This document shows, piece by piece, positions 1 to 14,837 of a stretch of DNA of 64,000 nucleotides (its first letter is position 1; the number at the start of each line of letters is the position of its first letter). The stretch spans positions 4,588,001 to 4,652,000 of the forward strand of contig JBHGNT010000022.1 in assembly GCA_043228905.1 (NCBI GenBank), in the 5' to 3' direction. The notes below the pieces were generated by a model that ran no database searches, was not told the origin of the DNA, and worked only from the letters and a program-made list of their open reading frames with translations. This stretch comes from Azolla caroliniana (lineage: Eukaryota; Plantae; Polypodiophyta). A program made the position numbers and the translations under genes.

Positions 1-1089
1 TTTTGCCAGTACAAGAAGTTGAGCTCAATTGTGGTTGGCTATGTTCACCATAGTTATCTAGTTTCCCTGTCCCATTGACCCCAATCAGTCTCTCATGGAC
101 GTGAAAAAGATATAGATCTCCAAATACTCGCAACATGGGCATATAGTCCATCGAAATGTCGTCTGGGCAACCTATCTAGATTGGTATTGGCCTCTCTTTA
201 GATCCAAATGTAGGCCGAATGTAGCTTGTGGCAATAGCAAACCAACTTTCGAAAATTTTCAGTGTGGTGGTCAAAGCCGCTTGGTATGGGGTTTGACATT
301 TCATGTGAAAGTATATACTACTTGATCACGATTCACTGCGCAACATTGAGAATGTACAAGAGATGTTTCGACAATGCTATCTAGTTGGGGTGGTCAAGGC
401 AACCATTATATACTCAATGATTCTACTCCTCAAAACTAGGGGCAAGAGTCAAGACTAGTGAGACGTTCTTATGAGAGTCCAAAATTGCATGGCTATATTG
501 ATTTAAGAACTTGGAAGTTGCACCCCCACTAACGATAACTTGGTGACAATGAACATTGAATGACTTGTGGAACTCATAAAGAATGCTTCAAGTTGATAGT
601 GTCCTCTATTGATGCAAAGGTTGTAATCGTATGTGGCTCATGCATTACCTTAATATCACATCTACGATTAAGTAGAGACCATGCATATGCACCTAAGATG
701 AAGGGATTGGATTGTCTAATTGGGTGAAGTTAGTGTGTGCAATACTATTTATGGTGGAAGCATTATCAAATGGCCACGAATGCTTCACATCTATTGTGAC
801 ATGCTCCTCACTCTTAAAGAGTTAATTTGCTCAAAGTGGGTATATGTGATTTTTAAGATAATGCATATAAGCACAAAGGAGTGTGATTGCCTTATCATGT
901 GAATTGGCATGAAGGTGGGGATGTTGTTGGGTTATGCGCCCCATAATCCCCTTTTAGGCATCGCAAAGTGTTGGGTTTATGTGAATTTAATAGTAGTAAC
1001 TGCAATTTACTAAAAATCTTGTTATCCTCGTTCGATTTGAATGTGAGTGAAAATAGAAAGGTATGATAACAACATTGTATCTAGTCCCA

Positions 1090-2260
1090 ACAACTCTCTA
1101 TGAGCAAATTCTCTAGAGAGATGCAAACCCTTCTACAACTGTATTGGAAAACTTTGGCGTGCATAGTAAGTTGAATGCCAATACCTTTAAAACAAAGGTT
1201 ATACTTAATCCAAAAACTCGAAATAATGATCAAGCATGCATTCATGTAAACAATTATGAGCCCTTAGAACATTAGAAAACTTTGAATACGTTGGGCTTGA
1301 GGTTTCCTCTAATGATAGTTGTTATATGTAAGCTTACAATGAATTTGAGAACGAATGCAATTAAGGAGAAATCAAATGTTGAATTTCTAGAAGTACACGT
1401 TTAACACTTTGGTGACATTAGTGCTTCGTTTCCATGGGCTTATGGGATGGAGGCATCTCCAAGTCCATTTAGAAAGAGGTTGAACATGTCCAACGAAGCT
1501 TTCTTATGAGTTCCTTCAATACAAGATCTAGACACAATACATGCGCCTACTTCTTGAGACTAGCTAATTTCACATTGAAATAATGGACATGGCGAAGTTT
1601 TTGGAGTGCATTATTTGTTAATATATGAAAAAAAATTCACATTGACGTCTTGGAATTGCATTGAAAGGAAATGGGAAACCTCATAAGGCATGGAAAAACC
1701 AAGATAATGAGTAACAAGTGGTATAAGTCAATTTGTTTCAATTTAGCATTAATGTTTCATGCCTAAAGAGAAATATGGAATGCCAATATTGAGTTTGGAT
1801 AGATATAAGCTATGAAAAAATGGTCTAGATGATGGGATACATTACACTTGCTTCATGATGCCTCAATCAATTTACTTGGTGAATGGCACTTTTCTACAAC
1901 CCTGATGCTTTATACCCTAAGAGAGATATGGAAGCTCATTCTTCACACATTATGTTATATATGTTGCACCAAATTACAACACCATATTCTTGCCTAAACT
2001 TGAAAACTGCTTCGACCACACCTGTTATATCTATTCTCCTTACCCATCATCCACAACAATTACTTCCATGTGACTTAGGTCAAATACTCTTTAATTTGAG
2101 ACAAAGCTTTGAGGCACAAGAGAGGAGAGTCATTGATTATGCATATTTACCTCCAAACAAGTTTGTAGGTTGGAGTATCACGTGTTGTTATGATACTTCA
2201 CCTTCGATCATATTCTACTTTTCTTTCCACTCGTTTTCAACTCAAACCTATGTCTACAAC
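1090..2260 (+). pseudogene. Highly decayed LINE relic (RT C-terminal half plus C-terminal Cys/His region), same broad type as the LINE at 29726-39212
   Basis: Manual translation across frameshifts gives NTFKTKVI (~1180), ENFEYVGLEV (~1276), AYNEFENEC, FNTLVTLVL, WDGGISKSI*KEVEHVQ (~1443), LRSNTL*FETK (~2074) and LEYHVLL*YFTFDHI (~2170). These are colinear with the post-YADD motifs of RTE-type LINE ORF2. Boundaries are approximate. Confidence 0.6.
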
Positions 2261-5200
2261 ATTTCTCTTTCACCACAATGTAAATTCTCAAATGCAACAT
2301 TTGTCACATAAAGGAGAATCACAAATCAATTTCCTACACTACATGAGAATGTTTTACTTAGGTTCAATAGGCCATATTTGACCTTCTAAAGATGATAATA
2401 CTATAATTTATATATCCCCATTTACTTCTCCCGAATACAATAATGCTCTATATTGATATTCAAACCTTGAATAAACGTAAAATAAAAGAACTACACTACT
2501 AGGAGATTGAACACCAGAACACAAATATTTAGCCTTGAAGTTCCTTACAGAACAATAGAATCTTGAATAAACAATAGATTGTCCGGAAAGTTATGAGGCT
2601 CCAACTAGAATTAGATATTTAATCCTTCAAATTCTTTATGGTGTGAAAGAAATATTGTGTTTAGTAGAATTAGTTATTTAATCATTCCTATATGACGTGA
2701 GGGAAACATTGCATTTTGGCATTTCAAATTGCTCTCTTTACTTTCGCCCTACTCTTCCAGTCCTAACCAAAACAGATTGACAACACACAATTGTATCTTA
2801 AAAAGATTATTCACATTTATGTGGTAACAATGTATAATTCTCTTTGCTAAAAAAATGAATCTAATAGAGTAGTATTTAGTAGGGGATTCAATATTGACGA
2901 GGATTGAAACTACCAATACTTAGGATGAGGGAATTGTCATGTAGCACAACAAATTATCCCTAGCGTTGTCGAGCAAACTTTTCAAATATGAAAACAACGG
3001 AAGAAGGGGAACGACAAAACACAATGACATTGGGATCCCGAGCTCTTAAAGTGTTTCCCCATTTAGGAGAGATTCACTCAAGTGTAGTCAGTGGGAAAAT
3101 TGCCCTTCACCATGTGAACCACACAAGTCATCAAATAAGTCCATACCCATGATGCATCGTTTGAGATTTAATCGGTAAACCAAAGGGAACTATCAATGTA
3201 GATGATTGAGAGTCTTACCATTTTTACTACTTATTGAAAGGAAAATGGTTGTATTCTCATGTTAATTACTAGTACAGTCCATTATCTATAACCCATCATG
3301 ACATTATGTTAGTTCTTCATATTTATGATCAACATTCAACGAATAATAACAATCTCCATTTGTTTAACAATAAGTCTTGGTATACCATGGTCTCTCAAAG
3401 TATTTACTTCCATTTGAGAATAATAATAAAGCCCCCTTCTAGATTCTGTAGTAATGCCAACATATTTGTCTCTTGTATAATAACAAATTATAATAATACT
3501 AATACTGCGTCTAAGCATTTCTTTCCATTTGTGAACAATAATAGTGTCTCCTTCGAGATTCAACAATAATACCAACAAATTAGTCTCATCTATAATAACG
3601 ATAATATTGAGTTGTGTCTATTTGTACTTTCTTACTGAGCTCTTAAATGGTAAATATATGTCCCTAGTAACTAAGTACACTTTTAGCAATAACCTCTCCT
3701 TCATAACTTAGTACGCTCTTGGCAATAATATCTTGTTAGTACTCCTATGATGTTTCTCTTACTAGATAATATTTTTGGTATTACCAAATTTTTGTTCTTT
3801 TTTTTCATTGAAAGATTTTCTTCAGTAGTATTACAAACGCCCGAAGGCTACACAAATTGTTGTTCTTTAATAAATATATAATGAGATTAAGTGAGAGGAC
3901 TCTCTGCTTGATTTCTAAGTTTATTCTTATCAAGTTAATTGAAAGAAAATTTACATTAGAAATGCAAGCACACAAAATATGAAGATTGAATTGAATAGTT
4001 TGTTGATATCCCTTATGAAGCTATAGAAAAAGAGGTAAAGACAAATATGATACTTTTATAAACCTTCTATGAAGTGTGTATGTATGTGTGTTTCCATGTG
4101 TATTGCCAATCCATGATCCTTTTATGTTTGTTGTCTCTCTCCTAATATATGAATGCAGTGTGCACTCACAATCTTGCCCTATTTTCGGAATCTTTCCGAT
4201 AAGATGTATACATTTTTTTGTGGATTTTCACCTCAACTCAAGAAATATATAATGCATTGCAAAATAAACATGTGTGAATCTATGCTATAACATTGCAGAA
4301 GTGCATGCGACAACACCAATATCACGAAATATAAAATTCAAGCATGACTAACTACATAACATTGAGGTTGGGATGTGAATCTCATATCCACATTCGCAAG
4401 GGTCTTTGTTGTGTTTATTGGTCAGTTCAGAATGTTGCTAATCTAATGTGATATTTTGTGTGGGTTTTGTTTGAGGTTTCCAAATAATATAATGCTTTGC
4501 TAGAAACAATGTGTCAAAGGTTTACCCTTGAACCTTCATGGAATGGTTGGATAGTGTTTACAATTCCACTAAGAATGATGCTCATAATTAGGGGAGATGT
4601 CTAGCAATGCATTCTTTATAATTGACAACAATTCTCAATGGAATAGACTTAATTGGACAGAATCTTATTGCCTAAAATTTGAGTTGTTTTGAACTTAACG
4701 GGTATAACATAGGTCCATATACAAGGTTTCTATATTAGAAGTTTGCAGCTTTATGAGCCACTTACTAGAAAGGTCAACATGTTTTGATTGGATTGTTGAT
4801 TGTTGTTTATGCTTAATGATTACCCTTTATGAGATAAATTGTGATGCCATTGTCCATCTTTCTTATCATAGTACAATGATAATTTAATGTCCATTTATAT
4901 AAAAGCCTTGTTTGAAGTCTATTGCTATAATGACGATAATACATGCTCTCTCATATAACTCTTTCATCTTTTAATAATGGCTTTGTCTCCTCTGCATAAT
5001 AATGATGTGTTACTCCACTAAATTCTACTAGTCTCTTTGAAACAATATCTTCTTAGTACATATAATAACTCACCTAGACAAATAATGTCTCCAGAGTACC
5101 CTTAGTATCACCCTATAATAACTCTTCTACTATGTTTCATTAGTACCAAGTTGTAGATCCCTAATGATAATTTGCTCTCGTAGCCCAAGGGCCCAGTCAC

Positions 5201-8200
5201 ACTACCTACTGATGTAGAAGTGTGGAAATAATTGTTGGTAGTATTCAATACTAATTTAACTTCTTAACGGTGTCAACTCTACAATAATTGATATACATAC
5301 TATAAGTTATGACAATTGTAATCAAGAAAAGAAAGACAAAAAAAATGAGAACAAAGAGCATTCTACTTTAGAGTTCAATGGGACATGCATGCGTACACAT
5401 TTGTCCACCTATCCTGTCCATGTATGCATTCGCACAATCATGGTAAACTTGAATCAATCTAGTTTTTTTTATTTCAACACGACACTCATCTTATTTGTGT
5501 CTATCCCTTTGTTACTCAATCTAACCTAATCTATTGATCAAATTGGTCCTTTTGTTATCATCATAAAAAGAAACTATATGCTCTCTTTCTCTCGTTTTTC
5601 GTTTTTTCGTTTTCCAATGTCCATTTGTATCATTATTTGTCATTATTAGGTTATTAGTACTAATTTATTAGTAAGTACATTTATTACTAATGAAGTACTC
5701 TTAAGATACAACTGAAAAGGTAAGTACACCCAATGTTAAAAAACTTGAAAGAATTCTCTTACTTTCAAGCCCTTTTGTGATAAAAAAATAGTCCTCACTA
5801 TTAGATAATAGATTAGTATGAGATATTATGTAGTAATTTACCACTTAAAGATTCACGAAATCTTAAGGCTTTTGGAGACTAATAGAATCTAGCATTTCCT
5901 AATGTACCTCTTATAAATAATACAAGTGTCACTCCCAATAACAAATGTTCCTTATGTTCCTTGAAGCCATTAAGGCTCATGGTAGATTTTGGAGTATTTT
6001 ACGGCTTGGATTACCTCTTTCTCAAAACTCCATTGCCAAAAATGTGTCTGCTAAAAGGTAATTGGATTAGTAATAATGGAGTATTAATAATTCATCGTAA
6101 CTACTAAAATTTTCCTTGATTCATGGATTATCAATAATAGATAGGTCATCGAGTTTTGTCAATGGACCATGTCATGTAAGATCAACAAATGGCAATATGT
6201 TGGTCATACATTTGTCATTGATGGTTTATACGTTGGCCATGCATGGTAATCCACAATGCCTCTCCAAGCTCCATATTACGTAAGGAAAAAGAAATATTCC
6301 ATGAAAATGATAAAATATAATCACATTTACGTTCATCAAATTACACTTTTTACCAATGGTACAATATCCACTTACTGACAATGCATGATACGGGATTTTT
6401 TTTAAACTTATTTTTGAAATAGTCACTTTCAAAATGAAATTGATATAAAAACACTGTGCATTCTTAACATGTATTTTTCACACAAGTTTGAATGATTTTG
6501 GCATCACCAATGTGTCAGACACGACCTAGATTTTGGAACTAACTATACCCAAACTAGATAAAATGACATACCACATGGTAAAGCACATCATGAAAATTTT
6601 GCCCTTTCTATTGCATGTTAAAAAAAACATTTTAACATCCCCCCTAACTAATCGCAAAGTAAAGCATCACATATAATTTCAAACACTTAGCTACTATAAA
6701 CCTTATATTTAAGTATGTAATTATGCCGGTATTGCATGTTGTGGGCTTAGTTCTCAAGAAATGGGTGTTTAGTTTGAAAATGTGAACGAAATTAGCTTGT
6801 CATCATGCACTTTAATGAAGTTTAAAACAATACAATTAACTTAAATGAATGCTAATGAAGTTGGTAACAAGTACCAAATCTATGCCAATTTCATTGCATT
6901 GCCAAGAAAAAATAGTATCACTAAGTTCAAATTTTTTGGGTTGATGATAAGTTCGTAGATGCTCAAACAATTAGATTGGAACGATGGAGTTAAAATCATG
7001 CATCAAGCTTAGGCTTAGGCTTAAGATTGGAGTTTCTTAGCTTATGGGTCAATGTTATCGTTTTCACTCTTTTGATATCAATCTATGTAGAGCTTTTGTT
7101 ACAATTTTTTTAATTTCAATGTGGTTGAGGTAATTTGGGTCCAAAATTGCATGTTTGCTTCATTACAAACTAAAAACATGAGAAGTTCTAAAATGAGCTC
7201 AACGTAAAATGTGACCAACTATGATCATGCAAAACACAAGATATGTCAATATACCATGATGTTATGGCCTAATCTCATATAATGGATATATTGAGATTGT
7301 GCTTTAGCACATAATATCTTGTTTAGACTCAATTCGATGTTGCCTTGAAGTAACAAATAAGTGTAGAATTATAATCGTATTACATCCAAAACAATGAGAC
7401 ATAACACTTGACAAGGCTAAGAGATGTGGATTCTCATGGTTAATGACAATGCATTCACACGGCTAAAGCATTATGCAAAAGCTTTGGCTTCGTACATTAT
7501 GTAAAAGACTTTAGACATCCCAACAATTTTTTGTTTATTGATTCACATTGTTACTTTACTAAAATTATTAAATGCACATTAACATAGCCATTGTAAATCT
7601 AGTTGTTTGCGACAATAAGTTTGCACGGGTTTACATCTCAGTCAATGAGTTTGATTTTATGCCCTTATTTTCAATATTGAAGGTCTTCACAATTTAGTTT
7701 GAGATTGTACACAATAACAATACAATCCTAAACAAATTAGCTTTACATGGAGATTGCTATTTTTGTGTGGATACATGGAGTGAAAACGAAGGCATTGCCC
7801 TTTAAAAAGAGATGCATTGTCTAAACAAACTAGAATACCCTCGTGCATTTTTAAAAATTGTAATAAAAGGTAATAAGAACCTGAAGCCCACGCTCTGATT
7901 GTAAGTGATATTTATTTAGACGGCCTTTGAATGTTTCATCTCATTCCAACGCAATGTATTGTCACGTTTTTTCTTTCTTTCAGTATATTTACACCAACAT
8001 AAAATTACTGCAATTGTACTTTTATCGTAGAGTTTTACAATACTCGAATGAGCTACACATTCCCTTTGAAAGGATAATTTTCTTTTATTCTATCTGTCTT
8101 TATGATTCTAGTTAGTTTCGTTTTTTTGTCACACATGTAGCTAGACAATCATTGTACCATCAAGACACGCACTACCATTTGTGGCATTTAAGTCTATTGA

Positions 8201-11164
8201 TGTAAAACATTCAGATAAGCGATATTAATTGCTGGTCGGGAGTCGTCTATGGTTTATATTGAAGAATTGAGTGTTTGCATGTGTCATTCCATTACTGTCT
8301 TATCAAGATATCCAATTTCATGGTTTTTAGCCGAATTTTCCTCGTCCCATCAACAAAAGAATGAGAAGTTTGAAAGAAACTTCCATGCTAGGGTACCAAT
8401 ATATTCAAATTTAGAGTTTACATTATACTCCAAAGGGAATTACTTCAACACTTTTAATATAAACTAAATTATCTTAGTAGAATGTGAACAATGTGGTTGT
8501 ACGAACTGATTCGATGTTGATTCCATATGTAGAGCTAAATCATAATCCACTTAGAGATCAACACAAGATACTCCCTAGAATGCCAACATCTCCCTCTTAT
8601 ACAGAGTATGACCTATAGTGGATAACAAATTGAACCCTTCATAGAAAGAGGTTCTATTATAATATGTTATTATAACATTGGCAATATTGTTGTGTATGCA
8701 TATCAAACTATTTCATTTTCAAGTTCTCGTAGCACCATGATTGGATTGTTTTGGGAAGACATCATAACAAAGGCACGACTTTAATAACGTAATGATAATG
8801 CTTTGGGTAAAGCACCCTCCCCTTAAGTGGTCCAGATAAAGTTCAGACTCCAAAGAGATTCTTTAGTAGTCAACGTCTATTACATTTCCAGTGCAATATA
8901 ACAATTGTATATAATATATGACGTTATTGTCCACTTGGGCAACTTTTCACTTCTCGAGAGTGTGACTACAACATGGACATGGATGACAGGTATTTGGAAA
9001 AGATTGAATTATATAGAGTAGTTGACAACAAGAGGTCGGGTATCATTGAAGAAATGCTAGTTTTTAAACTAAGTATCCAAAGTTTTGAATATGCACAAAT
9101 GGACAGAAAGTTTTTTTTTCAATTTCTTTGCTTTTTTGGGAAACGACAGTTTGCATGCATGCTAGTTTTTGTTTTTGTTTAGGATTTTAAAGTATGAATC
9201 ATCAACTGTCTTCTACACCTAAATTGCTTCCAACTAACATAACTAAAACAAAATGGTAAATTTTGGTGTTCTCAAATTACAACTTTGACCATCTTAATTA
9301 TTATTTCGAGACAACTCTGCATGTTAATCATTAAAATATTTCATTGGTACAATTGCATGAATGTTCTAATGATGGTATAAAGATTTGGGTCAAGCACAAC
9401 CATAAAAAATAAAACTATGCTACATCGACATGGTCAAAGCAAGAAGTTATACATTGGTCAAGTGCCATAGGTATAAACTTTATCATGATTGATAATTTAA
9501 ATCTATCACGAAATATTATTGATGAATTAATAGCATAAGATGGAATGGCCTTTGCTTCAACATTATTCTCATGGAAAGAAGTCATCAATGTTAAGTGCAA
9601 GCTTAATCAAGTGTGTAATTAAGAAATGACTTACAACAAATATTAACAAACTAGAAACAATAAACCCATACATGGTAAGGAAGGTAGCTTCACATAAAAG
9701 AATTAGAATCCCTGATGTCAGGCATATAATGCTTTATGAATATAAGCAATGTTATTCAAGATTGAAATTGGCTTTTATTATATGGTGATGTGAACAACTT
9801 GATTGCATGAACAATTGAAGAAGACAAATGAACAAAGTAAGTTAGTACTTCCTTCTTTTGTTTGTAGTTTCTCTCCATTAATTAGGGAATGCTAAGTAAG
9901 CCGAACATTATTTTTTAAATTCTTTTCCTTAAACTATATGCCACATGTGCATTAGACTTATGGGCAATGATCAAGGACCATTGTTTAAATAAATGAGAGA
10001 GTACAAAATAAAGGTTCATGTTCATATTGTTTGTTGTCTCGTATACTTTTTCTTCTTCAATTACCTAAGGTCCCCATAAGCCTACACATCACTTTGCAAT
10101 CAAGCACATGTGAAATACGAACTTATTATGTTCATAACAAACGGAAAATGTAAGCATTGTACCAAATAATGGTTTAAGTTGGCAATTTCTTTCATCGCCC
10201 CAATTTCTGTCAATGAACCATGGAGCTGCACACTGCTTTCTTTCTTTGTTTTTCTTTTGGTACATATGAGGCAGTTGATTTCAAGGCAATGATTATAAAG
10301 CATAGTGAATGAAGATTTATGCTATGTATCAAGATGTTTTCTAGAAGGCCATGAAAAAAGTTGTAAAACCTAAGTTGAGAAAAACATAAAAGGGAAGTAC
10401 TTAACACGTAACACATGATTGCTATTGAGGAAGAGGTTGCAGTTCAAGTCAATTGTTGCCTAATTCAACATATTGTTGGCCATTAGCCCTAAACGTAATG
10501 TAATTTATTTGTTTTTTATTGGGATTTTAATAGGAGATTACCTAGTCATTAGCTATCCAGAACATTGGGTTTTTTGGTTTAAAGTGGGGTCGACATGGTG
10601 TTTTGCCAATACTGGAACCAATATATATCATTCATTTTTCAATACAATCTTGTTGGTCCTACTCAATTTATTTATCTACTTGAATTGTCAAATTTTGTCC
10701 AACAATCTATGGATGTGAACTACAATTATTTATATATCCCAATTTCCACTTTCTTTCTTTCTTGATTGTAAATGCGTAGGCGATCTTTGAGTTATAACTT
10801 GCTAAATTCATCATAGAACCATGGAACAAGTCAAAGTAACGATTTAGATCAATATTATCTTCTATCAAATTGAGCAATAGATAGAGGAAATGTGCATTGC
10901 ATGCCGAATGTCTTTTGTTTTCATGTTGTCACAAGCTACACACTAGTTTCCTTTCGGTTCCCCTCATCAATGGTTGCACACTATTCTCGTGAACTCCTTT
11001 CTCTCTATTTAGTTTCATGTACATGCATCTACTATATGAAAGCCCTCTAGATTATGTGCATTCATGGACTATTTATATTGCTCATTATTTATAAATTCTT
11101 CATGGGCATTGCACACCATTGGTCTATTCAATCACTATACCTCATAAAATGATATGTATGCCTT

Positions 11165-11295
11165 ATGTAGGTAAATAAAGGTGCAAAGAATGCTTATAGA
11201 ACCTCTTCTTTTGAAGTTTTGAGTCTAATGTAGGTAAATAAAGGTGCAAAGAATGCTTATAAAACCTCTTCTTTTGAAGTTTTGAGTATAATGTA
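11165..11295. repeat. 63-bp tandem duplication (2 near-identical units, followed by a degenerate third)
   Basis: atgtaggtaaataaaggtgcaaagaatgcttata... starts at 11165 and 11228, with 2 mismatches between units. Confidence 0.9.
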
Positions 11296-12309
11296 CATAA
11301 AAATTGTGGAAACAAGATTTTAAAAATCCGCTCTTTCGAAGTTTGGAAAAATGTAGGCTTATAAAACCCCTTAGAACTCATATTTACGTAGATTTTAACG
11401 TGAGAAAAGTGTTTTCAAGACTCCATGTTTTGTATCTCATCCTATGCTAACATATTTGGACAAAGTGACCCTACTCCATGGCTCCACTAATTTATGAACT
11501 GCGTACAAGAATGATGTATTCAATGAACCCCTATGAACCAAATTCACCCAAACCTAGGAACTTCAAGGCCTTGTCCCATGTTTGGAAATACATAGCTCCC
11601 CAAAATGGGAGTTCAGGATAATGATATTGATCAAGGCAAGGTGCAAGTAAATCAGTAACGGTTTGCGCAATTTATCATTGATTACCACACTCATTGAGAC
11701 TTGGGAACGACAATGCTAATAGATTATGTTGGGGGGTTGAAGTATTTTCTCTCATATAACTTCTAGGGACAAGGCAAGGGAGAAGCCATGTTTGCACGGG
11801 GGCCCAAAACGTTTGTTAGCTTCAAATTTCAAGAGAGACAAAGAGGGTCAAAGTTCAAATTAATTTGTTTGGATGCTAATTCTTGTTTTTCGAGGAGTTG
11901 GGGATTTGGTCAATGTGAACAAAAGGCCAATCATCATACATGGCTGAGGATTAAATCTGAACCGTCAGATCATATGGCCACTAGTCGATGTAGCAACCCT
12001 CTTTTAGCATCACCCTCTTGCTCTACTATTCTTTTTATAATGTTGTCAAATAACTCTAATTTTTAGTTTAAATAAAACGACCAATAATTGGGCGAGTACC
12101 TTTTTTTATATTGTTTCTATAATTATGACATAATAAGGTACATGTTAAAATGGGTAAGAAAATAATAAAAGTCTCCCAAATACATGGGTGAATGCTCACA
12201 AACACGTCAATTATTTTTACCTTCAGGTTGTCCCATGTCCTAGGTCGAAATCAGTGAGTACAACTAGTAAAAGGGTCCATTTCAAGTCTAAACGGATAAA
12301 TAAGTCTAG

Positions 12310-12445
12310 GTCAAGTATGAATTGGTAAAAACGTCAAAGTTTGAGTATGAACTGGTAAGCACATATACTTTGGATATGAATTGGCAAAAAGGTTCAACTA
12401 TAGTGTGAACTGAGACAATTAATCTTGATTGAGTATGAACCGAGC
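12310..12445. repeat. Degenerate ~29-30-bp tandem array with core gtatgaaYtgg (possible DNA-transposon subterminal remnant)
   Basis: gtatgaattgg, gtatgaactgg, atatgaattgg, gtgtgaactga and gtatgaaccga recur at ~30-bp spacing. No partner TIR or transposase was found. Confidence 0.5.
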
Positions 12446-13187
12446 TTTAATACATATATGTCGAGAAATGTGTGATTTTAGGAAGAGGAAAATTAAAATT
12501 TTATAACAAATTCATGTGTATTTGCATATAATTGATTTCCTTGATAATAACAAAAATGACAATATGCTACTTTGGCACCATAGTCCTAAACATGAATGAA
12601 GTAATTGTGTGCATGGCAAGGCTCACATTAAGTTATAAATTGGTGCTTTTTATTTAACTGAGGGTTTTGCTATGCTGGATTGAAAATATACATTAGCCTA
12701 AACATTTTTTGGGTGGGTGTCCCCTAATGTTTGGTTACTCGCTTACACATTTTGGGACCAAAGGCAAAGTGGAAACTCTAACAACGTTATGAAATTCTTG
12801 GCGGTATTGTTGTGTAATTTGCAATCATGTCTTACAATGAGAAAGGAATTGGGACTGATTCATGACGATGGTGGGTGGTTCCTGATGTTGGGATCCTACG
12901 TATCGTGAAAAACAAATTGTGTTCCAGGGGAACGTATCGTGAATCGTGATGCGATGAAAATTGAGAGCTTATCAGAAGCAAGATAGAGAATGAAAGAAGA
13001 AAAAAAAAGGAAACACGGCCATAAAAATAAATGATTAGCCTTCATTGCTTTAAAAAGCTAAAAATGTGATTATTGATTAAATGCTTATGATGAGTTCAAA
13101 GGGAACCAAAAGCTTTACTTTTTCGAAATACCAAATATTCAAAACAAGCAAAAAGCAAAAGCTTATTAAATGCTGATGTGGACATGA

Positions 13188-13228
<41 letters not shown>
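13188..13228. repeat. Compound microsatellite (CT)n(CA)n
   Basis: Directly visible. Confidence 0.95.
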
Positions 13229-14806
13229 TTCTCCTTCTCTCTATCTCTTTCTGACATGAGAGAGATAGGGTGCAAGTGTGAAAGGGGGGGTACACGTATC
13301 ACTATATGTACACTTGTTAGATGTAGAAAGGGAACCCTTGTCAACCTTGAGCCACTCACCATGCGCGCGCACACACACACACACTAGTATGTAAAAATAG
13401 AACACTCCTTGGATAGGAGAGGGAGAGAGTGAGAGAGGTGTTGGGGGCTCCGATCTTACTTTTGGTCTCGCTACCTCGCCATGAGCAACTAGGTCCCCTC
13501 TCATAGATCACAATCGGTTATGGGGTGGATATAGATAGATGGATCTATGAGATTGGTCACCACTTAGTGCCCGCCTTTTCAAGGTTTCTGAAACTCCCTT
13601 TTTAAATGGGTCATGCAAAGATTACACTTTTGAAGAACTATGCAAACACAATTTTACCTTTACAACTTGCCCTTCAACACAACAAAGACGATATATTATG
13701 TCAATTCATGAATGCTCATATAATGAGTTATACACATGGGACCAAATGTCACAAGTAATACTTCATAATAATATGATGTGTAGACCAAATTGGTTCAATC
13801 TCTATGTATCCTTTTACAAATAATCGAGATTTAATTGGGATCATGATTATGCACATTTTCCCCATAATCCAAACTCATTGGCTCTTGTTGATATTTCTCT
13901 TATATATTAGGTATCCATATGGAACTCATGTACTTGGTTCCTAGATCGACAGACAAGCATTGCATCCCTTATTAATTCTAAAATGTTTGCCTCAACCCAT
14001 ATGGTAGTTAGTACCCAATATTACCATACCCAAAAATCTAAATGGTAAAACTATGATATTGATAACCATAAAATCTAGAATTTGTAACCTTGGTGTGTGC
14101 GATACTGAGCTTGACAACATTGCAATAAGTAAATGACAATAGTAAAGCTGTAATGCATTCATTATACATCAAGTCAAACTTTGCATTTACATAGTACAAT
14201 GGAACTCTCAAATTACAAATGGAAAATAAGTCATATCTACAACACCAAGTTCTTGATGTTTAAAACTTAACCCCATAAACTTGAAACCCTATTTGTGCAT
14301 TAATCATTGATTGGAATTTGACAAATTTATATCTATGGAAGGCCTACAACCCTATAGTTCAATATCTCTAAACCTTAATATATCAATCTTCATTGAATTG
14401 TCTAGTGTGACGTCTTCGGAGTTGTTAATGCACGCCATGATTTATAATGTTTAAGTTTGTAAGCCTAAAGTTGGGAGTTGCAATGCCACAACAACATGAT
14501 TTTGAGTATATTTTGCCTATTTTAAAATATTACGACAAATTGTGATTGAGAAACTAGAAATTGTTGTTGCAACATGCGGATTCATGTATTCGTCAATGTA
14601 CTTTTGAAATACCAACATGTATAAACACATGCATACCATAAAAAATAAACAACCTTTGCTTATGGCAATCAATGAAGTTTGTTTTGCAAGGCCTTCATAT
14701 TACAATTTACATAATACATAACCATCATTAAGTTTAAAGTTCAAATTTTGAAGTTGAATATTTATAAGTTATATATGATGTCTCTTTCGCTTTTTTGAAC
14801 GTATGG

Positions 14807-14834
<28 letters not shown>
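14807..14834. repeat. (CT)n microsatellite
   Basis: Directly visible. Confidence 0.95.

Positions 14835-14837
<3 letters not shown>

Noticed and set aside
1-950. Slightly GC-richer segment possibly encoding a decayed TE protein
   Set aside because: No motif could be read reliably in any frame.
3230-6130. Recurrent aataat..ctcc / tagta motifs suggesting a satellite
   Set aside because: No consistent period or unit could be defined by eye; probably very old decayed repeat.
7005-7024. (TTAGGC)-like telomeric repeat
   Set aside because: Only about three units, compatible with chance or a minisatellite.
12310-12445. Regularly spaced short repeats as a possible CRISPR array
   Set aside because: The repeats are degenerate with a ~30-bp period and no distinct spacers, there are no cas genes, and the context is eukaryotic.
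13096-13504. Overlapping ORFs and a possible miRNA-like hairpin around the CT/CA microsatellites
   Set aside because: The ORFs and pairing arise from CT/GA microsatellite complementarity, and I recognised no conserved plant miRNA sequence.
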